Below, one piece after another: positions 1 to 12,328 of a stretch of DNA of 64,000 bases. Location of the stretch: assembly GCF_018350175.1 (NCBI RefSeq), contig NC_058373.1, positions 116,996,001-117,060,000 on the forward strand. The letters run 5' to 3'. Below the pieces are notes generated by a model. That model did no database searches, had not been told where the DNA came from, and saw only the letters and a list, made by a program, of their open reading frames with translations. Numbering within the stretch: the stretch's first letter is position 1; each line of letters opens with the position of its first letter. Source of the stretch: Felis catus. Lineage: Eukaryota. A program made the translations under genes and the position numbers.

Positions 1-59
1 CTGTCCATCTCCCCAACCTCATTTTGATTTACTTTCTCCCTTGGTGCACTTCATTCATA

Positions 60-415
60 CTGCCCATCTCTAAGATTTTCTGGTATAATGTGCTTTCTCC
101 TCCTCCAAGAACATGACATATCCTGGACTCTTGGCCTGAAATTCTCTTTCCCTCTCTTTGTCTCATCATCCTTTAAGTCTCAAACATTACCTCCTCCAGG
201 AAGCCTTCTCTAGTGCTCCTGGGTTAGATTCTCCAGGCTTACCTGCCCACAACAATCTCTAACACTTATCATGCTTGGAACTGCTTGTTGGAGGTATGTC
301 TTCCTTTGTAGACTTTAAGCTCAATAAGGCCAGGGAAGGTAAATCTTATTCACAAGTTGGTCCCTATTAGTTAGTAAAGGGTTTGACACATAACATTCCT
401 ACAGTAAACATTTTT
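60..415 (+). mobile_element. L2 3' region relic
   Basis: acattacctcctccaggaagccttctc...tagactttaagctc...ggccaggga...acagtaaacatttt. Confidence 0.55.
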
Positions 416-1365
416 TAAGGCCCAAAGTAAAACTGACATCTTTAAAAAACAGTCCTCTCTCTAGACCCATGGCCTCTGAGAATTTGAAATATCATATAAA
501 CCCTTCGTGCACTCTATAGGGGTTATACCCAGGACATAATTCATGATCTGAAAATTAGTTCAGCATTCTCTTGGGACCAACCCTTAGGAGATGAGACTTC
601 TGGGAATTTTGCTTTTATAAAAGTGAGAGAAGCATTTCTTCTGGTATTTTGACCTCATAGATTCCCGTCCCATCTGGAACCTACAAAGTCGTGCATTTTT
701 ATGAGAAGAAAAAGCAGCCAAAGCTGTGAAATAATCCCTTTTCTTCAGACTCCAAATAAATTTGTTTTAACCAATGAGCAGAGGGCATAGGGGATATTAT
801 TTCTACAGAGATTGATTTAAAGTATGAAACAGATGTCAGCCAGTCCCTGAAACCCCAAAGTATTTCCTTGATGCTGTCTCTAGTTCCTCGCAATATTTGT
901 TTATTTTGGATAAAAGCCATTGCCTCTTTTAAAATGCAAACATTAACTACACGTTGAGTGGGTGGAGCTGAAGGAGACAGCATGGTGAGCTGCTTTTCAT
1001 GTTCACTTGTTTGATTCCCCCTCACCCCCCACAATTTTACGTGAATTAGTACATCATCTCCTTCCCAAACTGACATAGGCTCCATAAAGAGGAAACGGAA
1101 GAGAGAAACCAAGAGAAGTCGCTGCCAGGGTGATCCTTCTTGGGAATGGGATGACAAACCCTGGATGCCAGCTCAGCAGGACCTCCAGGGAATGCCATGG
1201 AAGGAGGAGGAGTCCTGTGCAGGCAGGCAGAAAAGCTTCACAAAGAGATTGCTTCCTGTTCACACTGTTTCCAGGGACGAGATTTTCTTTTTCCTTCTGC
1301 TTTGCTTAGTGACCTACACCTTCCTCTATCCTACCCCTATTCATTTGAAATAAGAGATCTTTTTA

Positions 1366-1586
1366 AAAAAAAAATTTTTTTTTCAACGTTCATTCATTTT
1401 GGGGACAGAGAGAGACAGAGCATGAACGGGGGAGGGGCAGAGAGAGAGGGAGACACAGAATCGGAAACAGGCTCCAGGCTCCGAGCCATCAGCCCAGAGC
1501 CCGACGCGGGGCTCGAACTCACGGACCGCGAGATCGTGACCTGGCTGAAGTCGGACGCCTAACCGACTGTGCCACCCAGGCGCCCC
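1366..1586 (-). mobile_element. CanSINE, young feline SINEC_Fc type
   Basis: Full body; TSD aagagatcttttta at 1352 and 1587. Confidence 0.95.
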
Positions 1587-2539
1587 AAGAGATCTTTTTA
1601 AAAAGAGAGTTTTACTGAAGCATAATTGGTATACAATAAATCGTACATATTTAGTGTGTCCAATGAACTGTGTCGATATAGAAATCTACCTGTGAGCTTT
1701 TACACCAATCAAGATAATGAACATACCCACCAATCCCAAAAGTCTCTTTGTCTCTCTTTGTAAATTCTTCCTTCTGCCCCTTCTCACCCTCTCCTAGGCA
1801 ACTATTGATCTATCACTACAGATGACTTCACATTTTCTTGAATTTTATATAAATGGAACCATGTATGTTTTTCTTTCAGCTGGCATAATTATTTTGAGAT
1901 TCCTCCATGTTGAATGTATTAATAATAATTTATTACTTTTTCATTCCATTGGATGGATATGCCACAAGTTGTTGCTTCATTTGCTCGTCGCCCATTTGGA
2001 TTGTTTCCAGTTTGGGGCTGTTACAAATAAAACTACTACGAACATTCATGGAGAAGTTTGTGTAAGTCTCTGTATGGACTTTGGTTGCATTTAGTTCTTT
2101 TGGGTAAAGACCAAGGATTGGAGTGGATGGGTCATATGGTAGGAGTTAACTTTTGAAGAAACTGACAAACTGATTTACCATTTTGCATTCCCACCTGCAG
2201 TGTATGAGAGTTCTTGTTTTTCGGCTTCCTCACCAGCATTTGGCATGGTCACGCTTTTTTATTTTAGCCATTCGAACGAGCGTGTGATAGTATTTCCTTG
2301 TGGTTTTAATTAGTATTCCCTAATGGCTGATGATGCTGAGCATCGTTTCATGCGTTTATTTGCCATCCACACACCTTCTTTGGCGATGTGTCTATTCAAA
2401 TCCTTTGTCCACTACCAAAAAATCGGGTTGTTTTCATGGTTTTGAATGTTAAGCGTTCTTCATACATACAGAGTAGAAGCCCTTTATCACATATATGCTT
2501 TGCAAATGCTTTCCTCAATCTTCCAGTTGTCTTTTGTTC

Positions 2540-2766
2540 TTTTTTAAAAATGTTTATTTATTTATTTATTTATTATTCATTTAGAGAAAGCGCATGCATG
2601 CACAGACAAGTGGGGAGGGGCAGAGAGAGAGGGGGACAGAGGATCTGAAGTGGGCTCTGTGTTGTCAGCACAGAGCCTGAAGCAGGGCTTGAACTCATGA
2701 ACCGTGAGTTGAACATGACCTGAGCTGAAGTCGGACGCTTAATGGACTTAGCCACCCAGGCACTCT
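2540..2766 (-). mobile_element. CanSINE (older)
   Basis: tRNA-derived head, CT tract, A-rich tail. Confidence 0.9.
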
Positions 2767-4174
2767 CCAATACCATTTGGGGACTGTCTGCTCTCCACCG
2801 AATTGTCTTTGCAACTTTGTCAAAACACAGTTGTTCACATATGTGTGGGCCTATTTCTGGACTCTATTTTGTGCCATTCATTTATTTTTTAATTTTTATG
2901 TCAAGGCCATATTGTCTTGGTTATTGTAGTTTTATAACATGTCTCTAAATCAGACGGTGTTACCCTTCCAGATTTAGCTCTCTCAAAGTTACTTTTGGCT
3001 AGCCTAGATCCTTTACATTTATCCACGAAATTTAAAATTGCCTTGTGAATTTCTACAAAAAAAAACCTGCTGAGATTTGGACAGGGATTTCATCGAATCT
3101 ATAGAACAATTTGGGGGGAAACCTGACATTTAAACAATTTTGGTCTTTCAACCCACGAACAAGGCATATATCTCTGTTCATTTAGGACTTCTTTAATTTT
3201 CCTGAGCTATTTTTGTAGCTTTCAATGCCCACGTTTTAAACAAGCTTTGTCAGATTTACTCCTATGTGTTTCATGGTTAACACTACTGTAGATGATCATT
3301 TTAAGAAATTTCAATTTTTGGTTCGTTGCTAGTAAATAGAAATATTACTGATTTTTAATATTGATCTCTCTATATACTGCAACACTGCTAAATTCACTTA
3401 ATTCTACGAGCCTTAAAAGATAGATTCCAACAAATTTTCTAAATAACTATACCAAATGTCTACAAGTAAAGACAACTTTATTTCTTTCCAGTCTGGGTGC
3501 TTTTATTTCTTATTCTCTTGCTGTACTGACTAGAACCTCGAGTACAATGTTGAATAGAATTGGTGAGAGCAGACATCCTTGTCTTGTTCTAGGTATTAAT
3601 GGTGAAAGACTGACTGTTTTCCCTCTAAGTATTATGTTAGTAGGAAGGTTTTCTAAATTATTGATATTCGTTGAGAAAGTTCCCTCTGTTCTCAGTCTGC
3701 TGAGGTTTTTCATGTTTGTTGTTGTTGTTGTTGTTTTGTTTTGTTTTTTACAGGAACGGATACTGAACTTTGTCAATGCTTTTCCCGGATCTAGTAAAAT
3801 GATCATATGGTTTTTCTTCCTAAATAACTTAGAAAGTTTGTTAACGGGTGATCCACATCGATTGATTTTTCTACTGTTATTGTACTTTTTATACATTGTT
3901 GGATTCAGTTTGATCAAATTTTGTTGAGAATGTTTGCATATGTGTTCATGAGGGATTTTTGATCTTTAGTTTTTCTTTTACTGTAATCTGTCTGGGTTTT
4001 GGCATCAGAATAATGCTGAAACTTACAGAATGGATTGGGATGTATTCCTTCCCCTTCAATTTTATAGAAGAGTTTGTGTAGCATTGGTATTATTTCTTCC
4101 TTAAATATTTAGTAGAACTCATCAGTAAAGCTATCTGGGCCTGGGGTTTTCTTTGTGTGAAAGTTTTTAACTAC

Positions 4175-4487
4175 TTTTTAAAGTTATTTATTTATTCATT
4201 TACTTATTTTGAGACAGAGAGGGAGAGGGAGAGGGAGAGAGAGGGAGGGAGGGAGGGGGAGAGAGGGAGTGAGGGGGAGGGGGAGGGGGAGGGGGAGAGA
4301 GAGAGAGAGAGAGAGAGAGAGCAAGCGAGCAAATAGCAAATTGGGGAGGGTCAGAGTGAGAGAATCTTAAGCAGGCTCCACACCCAGCACAGAGCCTGAC
4401 TTGGGCTCAATCCCATGACCCTGGGATCATGACCTGAGCTGAAATCAACCGTTGGATGCTTAACTGACTGAGCCACCTAGGCACCCC
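4175..4487 (-). mobile_element. CanSINE (older) with expanded (GA)n tract
   Basis: SINE body; GA/GGA microsatellite at 4212-4320. Confidence 0.9.
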
Positions 4488-4811
4488 TCAAGTTCTTTTT
4501 AGATGCAGAGTTATTCAATTTGTCTATTTCATTTTAAGTATATTTGGTCCATTTCATCTAAATTGCCAAATTTATTACCATAAAGTTGTTCACCATATTT
4601 CATTGTTATTTGTTTAGTATCTGTAGAATTTATAGTGAAGTAGCCATTCTCCTTTTTGATTTTGGTCATTTATGTGTTTTTTTTTTCTTTTCTCTTCCTG
4701 ATTAGTCTGGCTCGATATTTATCAATTTTATTGACCATCTTACAGAATTAGCGCTTAATTTTACTGATTTCTCTCTGTTGTGTTTCTGTTCTCTAGTTCA
4801 CTGACTTGTTT

Positions 4812-5055
4812 GTTTGTTTTTTTTTTTAATTTTTTTTTTTAATTTTTTTTTTCAACGTTTATTTATTTTTGGGACAGAGAGAGACAGAGCATGAACGGGG
4901 GAGGGGCAGAGAGAGAGGGAGACACAGAATCGGAAACAGGCTCCAGGCTCTGAGCTGTCAGCACAGAGCCCGACGCGGGGCTCGAACTCACGGACTGCGA
5001 GATCGTGACCTGGCTGAAGTCGGACGTTTAACCGACTGCGCCACCCAGGCGCCCC
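4812..5055 (-). mobile_element. CanSINE SINEC_Fc
   Basis: TSD tgacttgttt. Confidence 0.95.
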
Positions 5056-5181
5056 TGACTTGTTTTAACCATTATTGTTTCATTTCTTCTGCCCTTCTTT
5101 TTCTAGTTTCTTTAGGTGAACACTGAGGTCATTGGTAGGATACCTGTGTTTTTTTTTCCTAATAGAAGCATTTAAAGATAA

Positions 5182-5417
5182 GGGGGTGGGGGTGGGCAAA
5201 ATGAGGGAAGGGCAATAGGAGATATAGATTTCCATTATGGAATAAATAAATAATGGAAATAAAAGGCACAGCACAGGGAATACAGTCAGTGGCAATGTAA
5301 TAGCACTGCATGGTGACAGATTGTAGCTCCACTTGTGGTGAACAAATCCTAACGTAAAAGGAAGGTGAATCAAATGTAATATACCTGAAATTAATGCAAC
5401 ATTGTGTGTCAACTATC
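5182..5417 (+). mobile_element. 5'-truncated carnivore L1 3' end nested in the older L1
   Basis: acagcacagggaatacagtcagtggcaatgtaatagcactgcatggtgacaga...acctgaaattaatgcaacattgtgtgtcaactat; ttaaagataa on both sides. Confidence 0.7.
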
Positions 5418-5661
5418 TTAAAGATAAAAAGTTATAAATTTCTCCCAAGAAATGGTTTTGTCGCATTCCTTACATGTGGCTATGCTGTATTTTCATTTTT
5501 GTTCAGGTGAAAATACTTTCTATATTTCCTTTTGGTTACTTCTCTGATTCACGGATTATTTAGAAGCACGTTATTTCATCTTCAAATAATTGGAGATTTT
5601 CCAGAGACCTTGGTAATGCAATTCTGCTGTCAGAGAATCTTCCTTACATGACCTGAATCCT

Positions 5662-5835
5662 TTTTTGTGTTTATATGATTTATTGTCGAGCTAGCTAACA
5701 TACAGTGTCTACAGCGTGCTCTTGGCTTCAGAAGGAGATTCCCATTGTTCAACACTTACATACAACACCCAGTGCTCATCCTAACAAGTACCCTCCTCAA
5801 TGCCCATCATCCATTTCCCCCTGCCAGACCCCATC
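5662..5835 (-). mobile_element. Short carnivore L1 3' end
   Basis: cacttacatacaacacccagtgctcatcctaacaagtaccctcctcaatgcccatca; flanking aatcctttt repeat. Confidence 0.75.
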
Positions 5836-6199
5836 AATCCTTTTAAATTTACTGAGACACATTTTATGACCCCAAATTTGATTTCTCAGGGTAAATTTTT
5901 CCTGTGTACTTGAAAAAGATGTGAATTCTGCTATTGTTGGGTGCAGTGTCAGTTTAGGTCTAGCTGCTCGATTGGTGTTGTTTAAGCCTTTTCTACTTTT
6001 ACTGATTTTTGTCTCTATTGGTTATCAAGAAAGAGGCATGAAAATTTCTGACTATGGTTACAGATTTGTCTGTGTCTCTGTGAAGTTCTATCAACGTTTA
6101 TTTAATAGACTTTGAAGCTCTATTATTAGATGCATAAACCCTTTTTATTGTTATATCATCTTGATGAATTAATCCCCTGTCATTAAAAAATGACCTCTT

Positions 6200-6420
6200 G
6201 GGCGCCTGGGTGGCTCAGTCGGTTAAGCGTCCGACTTCGGCTCTGGTCATGATCTCATGGTCCGTGAGTTCGAGCCCCATGTCGGGCTCTGTGCTGACAG
6301 CTCAGAGCCTGGAGCCTGTTTCGGATTCTGTGTCTCCCTTTCTCTCTGACCCTCCCCTGTCCATACTCTGTCTCTCTCTGTCTCAAAAATAAATAAACGT
6401 CAAAAAAATAAAATAAAAAA
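6200..6420 (+). mobile_element. CanSINE
   Basis: gggcgcctgggtggctcagtcggttaagcgtccgact head; degenerate TSD. Confidence 0.95.
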
Positions 6421-6855
6421 AATTACTTCTTCACCACTGATAATATGCTTTGCTCTGAATATTACTGATATTAATGTAGTCACTCCAGCTTTTTTTTTGA
6501 TTAGCATTATATACATTTTTCTATTCTTTTACTAACTTATTTATGTCTTTATAGTGAATGAGTGTTCATTATAGGGAGCATATAGTTAGTCTTGTTTTTC
6601 TGCATCAGTCTGATAATATTCACCTTTTGACTTTAATTACATTTTTATTAGGACACTTAATGTTGTCTCAGCTCATTTTCAAATATTTATTTTTTCTCTA
6701 TTTCACTTGGTAGTTTCTATTGTTATCTCTTCAAGTTTACTGATCTTTTCTTCTGAAATGACTAATCTGACATTAATCCCATCCAATTTTTTTTTTCTTT
6801 CTTTTTCTTTTTTTAACCTCAGACATGATAGTTATTATGTACAGACGTTCAATTT

Positions 6856-7035
6856 GGGTGATGCCTGGATGGGTCAGTCGGTTAAGTGACCAACTTGTTT
6901 TCAGCTCAGGTCATGATCTCGTGGTTTGTGAGATCAAGCCCTGCATTGGGCTCTATGCTGACAGTGTGGAACCTGCTTGGGATTCTCTCTTTCCCTCTCT
7001 CTCAAAATAAATAAATAAACTTAAAAAAAAGAGAA
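6856..7035 (+). mobile_element. CanSINE (older)
   Basis: TSD gttcaatttgggt. Confidence 0.9.
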
Positions 7036-7398
7036 GTTCAATTTGGGTCATTTTATTCCTCCATGAGTCTACTTTTTTTTTAACATATGGGATGTAGTTA
7101 TAATGACTTAATATTTTTGTTGGTTAATTCTTACATCTGTGTCAGTTTTTATTAATTATTCTTATTATTATGGGTCATGTTTTCCTGCTTCTTTTGATAG
7201 CTGGTAAGTTTTGGTTGGATGCTACAAATTGTGAACTTTACATTGAGTGTGAAATATTTTTCTCTTCCAAAAAATATCCTAAACTTACTTACTTACTTAT
7301 TTATTTATTTATGTATTTATTTATTAAATATCCTAAATTTAGTTCTGAGATACAATTAAGCTACTTAGAAATAGTTTGATCCTTCAAGGTTTTGTTTT

Positions 7399-7615
7399 AA
7401 AAAAAATTTTTTTTTTAACATTTATTTATTTTTGAGACAGAGAGAGAGCATGAACAGGGGAGGGTCAGAGAAAGAGGGAGACACAGAATCTGAAACAGGC
7501 TCCAGGCTCTGAGCTGTCAGCACAGAGCCTGATGCGGGGCTCGAACCCACGGACCGCGAGATCATGACCTGAGCCGAAGTCGGACGCTTAACCGACTGAG
7601 CCACCCAGGCGCCCC
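7399..7615 (-). mobile_element. CanSINE
   Basis: TSD aaggttttg(t/c)ttt. Confidence 0.95.
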
Positions 7616-7915
7616 AAGGTTTTGCTTTTAAGATTCTTTCGGTGGTACCGGAAGGTGCCAAGACCCTTCTGATTAGTCAACCCATTTTCTTGCCAATTCT
7701 GACGTTTTCCACTCCTCTATCTCGTCTTTTAGTGTGGTCCTTTCCGTGGCCTTGGGTAATCTCTTCCCATGAATGTGATGATCAGTATGTTGAAGAGTAC
7801 TCAGAGCAGATCCTCTGCAGATCTCCAGGATTCTTGCTCTGTGCAGACCTCTTCCTTTGGTACTCTGTCCTGCCAGCCCTGACTACTTTGGTCTCTACCA
7901 GACTCTGCTCTCTAT

Positions 7916-8104
7916 GTTTAGGTGTATTTATTTATTTTGAGAGAAGGAGAGAGGCAGAGAAAGAGGGAGAGAAAGAATCCTAAGCAGTTCTGCACTATCA
8001 GCACAGACCCCGATTGAGGGCTCAAACTCATGGAACCATGAGATCATGACCTGAACTGAAACCAAGAGTCGGACCCTTATCTGATGGAGCCACCCAGGTG
8101 CACC
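7916..8104 (-). mobile_element. CanSINE (older)
   Basis: TSD ctctgctct. Confidence 0.9.
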
Positions 8105-9275
8105 TCTGCTCTGTCTCTTCAAATCAGGAGTCACGCTGCTGGGTTTTGCTTAGGTTTCTCTTCCATGCACCACAGCTTGAAACTCTTTCAGGACAATAAG
8201 CAAGGACTATCGTAGGGCTCGCTGTCTCTTGGGATGACTGTCCCTTATTTTATGATATACAGAAAATTGTTATTTTGTTTACTTTTTTGGCTGTTATTCT
8301 ATCCTGTCTGGAAATGACAGTACAAGGGGTTCTTTTTTTTTTTACCTATAGAATTAGGTCATCATGCTTACCTCCTCACCGAGTCCCTATGGAATAGAGT
8401 GGTCAGTGTTAAGTTTAATCATAAGGAGGTCCCTACACAGGATTATCTCAAGACCTCAACTTCTTCATTTGTCAAACCTTGGGTTTCTGATTGAGATGAA
8501 TATTTACAGCCACAGACAGATTTCTCTACAAGAGCAAGAAAATACTTAAAGGGGTTTTTTGAGACTCCATGTCAGGGTTATTCTGCAGATTAAGAATAGG
8601 AGAAATTCTTGTCCCTTGAAATCTCTTTAATGATGATAATCAGTAGGACTTGAGAGTTTCTTAAATGTTACTTTAGTTTCTTTTTCCCATAGGATCCAAA
8701 AGCTCTTAACAAATATAGTAATCAGTATATAAACTAGAATCACAATCAAAGTGGTTCCCCCCGACCTCCACCAATTCTCACCACTGCTTCTGGGCCTTTC
8801 CCCACCTGGCCCTCCCCCCCCCCCCCATTCTCTGTGTTTCTCTCTCTCCTCCCTCATTCTTTCTGTCTCTGAATTTCTCTTTCTATGTTGGAACACAAGA
8901 CATGGACATTTTATATCCGGAATGATTATATATTTATATGGATATATATTTATATCCATAAAGCACTGGCTAAGTCATTTCAACACCCACTGACTTTTAA
9001 CAAAGTAATAATAAGGGCTAAACTAATTGTCACCTGTCTATCTGATGGGACTCCTGGTGCTAAGTAACGGAGCGCGTAGGTCAGGGTTTCTCGTGGTTAA
9101 CAGATTTCATCTGTTTAATCCTGCTGTGTAGGCCATCACTTATTAAGTGCTTAAAGGGGCTAGGGCTATGTAGGGTGCTATAGTGGGGGAAGGCCGGGGT
9201 GGGGGGAGGAAAGAGCTACCGAAGGAAAGGTGCTCCCAGGTAATATACAGTTAGTTCCAAGTGCTGTTCTCAGAA

Positions 9276-9537
9276 GTTTGTCTCGTATGGGACTGCTTCT
9301 AAGCTATAACAGCCAAGTGCAAAAGCTGTGAGAGACCGTATCTCTCACAAAACCTAAAATATTTGCCTCTGGCCCTTCACGGACAATGTTGGCTGACCTT
9401 GCTCTAGGCTGTATTGCAAACAAGATAGTTGTTTCAGTAGCTGTCTCAGAACCCAGTCCGTGTCTCAGAACCCAGTCCGGGGCTTTGTACATAGAAGTTA
9501 CCCAATAAGTACTTAACAGATGATGAATAACGACTTC
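9276..9537 (-). repeat. Inverted duplicate of 10002-10247, flanked by 14-bp direct repeats
   Basis: Reverse-complement match over ~245 bp with few mismatches; ctgttctcagaagt at 9264-9277 and 9537-9550. ORFs 9304-9585(-) and 10098-10334(+) share FAIQPRARSANIVREGPEANILGFVRDTVS. Confidence 0.95.
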
Positions 9538-9799
9538 TGTTCTCAGAAGTCCTGCTTTGGACTCAGAAGCGATGCAGGGGCCCATTATAATTGGTTAGAA
9601 TGACTACAAAAAACGTGCTTTTGTTTGCTGTATATGTTCAACTGACCTAGCACTCTTGGATTTAACACTAAGAATGTTTTGCATTTTTGGCCTAGACCCA
9701 CTGGTAGCCATTTTCCTGGAGACAATGGGTGAGGCTGCCCCAAATGGGGCCAGGAAACACAGCTTCTGTCTGGCTCTCCATAGCTACCTTTTTCAACAC

Positions 9800-10000
9800 T
9801 TTCTTTAAAGAGTAGTGGAGTCAGATTACATGGGTTTGTTGCACTCTAAACTTGGGCAGGACAGGAACCTCTAAGCCTCCGTTCCTTCGTCTGAAACATG
9901 AGAACACTCTTTCACAGAGGGTTAGTGGGGGAATTGGAGATGCTGTGCGCAAAGCGTTTACTACAGTGCCTGGCCTACAGTAATAATGATGACATAATAA
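9800..10000. mobile_element. MIR SINE relic
   Basis: ggagtcagattacatgggtttg...cttgggcagg...aacctctaagcctccgttccttcgtctgaaacatg...aaagcgtttactacagtgcctggc. Confidence 0.65.
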
Positions 10001-10119
10001 TGACGTCATTATTCATCATCTGTTAAGTACTTATTGGGTAACTTCTACGTACAAAGCCCCGGACTGGGTTCTGAGACACGCTACTGAAAAAACTATCTTG
10101 TTTGCAATACAGCCTAGAG

Positions 10120-10290
10120 CAAGGTCAGCCAACATTGTCCGTGAAGGGCCAGAGGCAAATATTTTAGGTTTTGTGAGAGATACGGTCTCTCTCACAGCTT
10201 TTGCACTTGGCTGTTCTGGCTCAAAAGCAGTCCCATACGAGACAAACGAAAGGATCCGGATGTGGTCCAAAAGCTCCAGGAGGCCATTAA
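10120..10290 (+). mobile_element. MER58A-like hAT-Charlie MITE
   Basis: caaggtcagccaac...gtgaagggccagaggcaaatattttaggttttgtgagagatacggtctct...aaagcagtcccata matches the recalled MER58 consensus. Confidence 0.75.
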
Positions 10291-10339
10291 AATATAATAT
10301 GATAAGTGCTATGATAATGTGGGGAATATTCTAGCCCCT

Positions 10340-10470
10340 CGCTACTCAAAGTACGGTCCTCAGACCAGCAACCCTGACAACACCACGGAGCTTGTGAGAA
10401 ATGGAGAACCTCGTACTCTGCCCCAGAACTGTGGAATCAGAGTCTGTATTTAATAACAGAAGGTCTGGTA
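10340..10470 (+). mobile_element. MER5A/MER5A1-like hAT MITE
   Basis: ctactcaaagtacggtcctcagaccagca...ggagcttgtgagaaatggagaa...gaatcagagtctgtatttaa. Confidence 0.7.
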
Positions 10471-10754
10471 GGAGACCCTTCATAGAAGGAAGAACATGCG
10501 ATCTGAAAGCTGAAAGACAAGTAGATTGTTTCCAGGTGACATAGGGGCCTGGGGACACCTTTCAGGCAGAAAGAACGGCAAGTAGAAAGGCCTGGAGGCA
10601 GGAGAGCGCATGCTTGAAGAACTGGAGGTGTTGGGGCTTTGTTAAGATGTTAACTCAGGGTAGAAGAGATTTAAGGAACCTAACAGTCAAATGCAGGGGC
10701 TTGATTTTGTTTAGATCCTGTTTTGAAGAAACCGATTATCAAAAGACATTTTTG

Positions 10755-10922
10755 GGGGTGCCTGGATGGCTCAGTCTGTTGAGCGTCTGACTCTTGGCTT
10801 CGGCTCAGGTCATGATCTCGCGGCTTTGTGGGTTCGAGCCCCGCATCTGCGCATCTCCCCCCACCCCACCCCCAGTAGTGCTGTCTCTGTCTCTCTCAAA
10901 GAAATTTTAAAACGTTATTTCT
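10755..10922 (+). mobile_element. CanSINE with internal deletion
   Basis: TSD aaaagacatttttg. Confidence 0.9.
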
Positions 10923-11025
10923 AAAAAGACATTTTTGAGACCATTGAAAATCCGAATACAGAGTAGGTGTTAATACCATTGGCTGTGATGATGGTTCTGT
11001 GTTTATATAAGGAAATGTCTGTATT

Positions 11026-11238
11026 GTGGCGCCTGGGTGGCTCAGTAGGTTAAGCATCCAACTTTGGCTCAGGTCACGATCTCGTGGTTCGTGGGTTTGA
11101 GCCCCGCATTGGGCTCTGTGCTGACAGCTCCCATCAGTTCTGTGTCTCCCTCTCTCTCTGCCCCTCCCCTGCTCACATTCTGTCTCTGTCTCTCTCTCAA
11201 AAATAAACAAACATTAAAAAAATGTAAAAAAAAAAAAA
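11026..11238 (+). mobile_element. CanSINE
   Basis: Head, CT tract, poly(A). Confidence 0.9.
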
Positions 11239-12125
11239 AGTCTGTACGTATTAAAGATACATATGGAAAGACTTAGGGGAAAAATGACCCGATGACAGGA
11301 ACTGGCTTGAAAACATATTCTCCAGAGAGGAAGCAGATAAAAAGGAACGTATGACGAAAGGAGGGCCAAAAGTAAGTAATTATTGAATCAGGGGATGGGC
11401 ACATGAGGTTCAATGTATGATTCTCCCCTCTTGTGTGTACTTTTGACAACACTCATAATAAAAAGTTAAAAAAGAACTTTGGAATTCATCCAATCTCTTA
11501 CCTTTGCTTTTATGTGAAGTTCAGTTCACGATTAAACTATCCTGAGAGTGATGCACAACGCCCTATTTTCCTCCTTTGAAGACAATTCAGAAGCCCTTGA
11601 CTGAAGGTCACGTTGAGCCCAATGGATCTGTGTGCATTTTCTTTTGCTAGAAGAAGCAGAGAAACATGGCTCTGCGGAGGTTTTACTCCATTTCTTTAAG
11701 CCGATGCATTTGGGCCCAGGGGTGGGGCCGCTGCCCAGAGGTAGCACAGACCGGTGCCTGGAGGACGCCCCCCCCCCCGCCCCGCCCCCGGCACAGCCAG
11801 GCCTGTGGCTTGGTGGGCAGCGTTGTGCAAGGGCCATGAGAAGAATGTGCATTTTGAAATCATGTATCCAGTGACTGTCGATGGTGAAGATTATAGATTT
11901 TTCATCCTGTGGGGACATTTACCACATCTCTGGGAGGATCAATGAAAAGGAAATGAGACCAGAGTAAAGGGGCTGGCTTTGGAGTTACCATTTTGCAGGG
12001 CTGTAGACTTGAGAAAGCTACTAGGTCTCTTGGGGCTTCATTTCATCACCTGTTAATTTATTTCAGCGACTCACTGGGGTTGTTGTGAAGACTTAAGGAG
12101 ATTATTTGTCTAAAACTTGGTCTCA

Positions 12126-12328
12126 GGGCACCTGGGTGGCTCAGCTGCTTAAGTGTCTGACTCTTGGTTTCAGCTTGGGTAGGGATCCCATGGTTTTGAG
12201 AGTATGAACCCCACGTGCAGAGCCTGCTTGGGATTCTCTCCCCTTCTCTCTGCCCCTTCCTGGGTTTCTCTCTTTCTCTCTCTCTCAAAAGAAATAAATA
12301 AACTAAAAGAATTTTTAAAATATAAATA
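12126..12328 (+). mobile_element. CanSINE (older)
   Basis: TSD aaaacttggtctca. Confidence 0.9.

Larger units (their letters stand above)
1600..6760 (-). mobile_element. Old L1 (L1M-type), 3' UTR into ORF2, interrupted by SINEs and younger L1 ends
   Basis: ORF 3510-3917(-) contains LPTNIILRGKTVSLSPLIPRTRQGCLLSPILFNIVLEVL, the L1 ORF2 reverse-transcriptase motif; L1 3'-UTR-like sequence at 1600-2500. Confidence 0.9.
10680..11472 (+). mobile_element. Ancient L1 3' end (L1MC/L1ME-like), interrupted by two SINEs
   Basis: gtaattattgaatcaggggatgggcacatgaggttcaatgtatgattctc...cataataaaaagttaaaaa. Confidence 0.6.

Noticed and set aside
6200..6290. tRNA-like A-box and B-box sequences at SINE heads
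   Set aside because: They are tRNA-derived SINE heads followed by a CT tract and poly(A), not tRNA genes.
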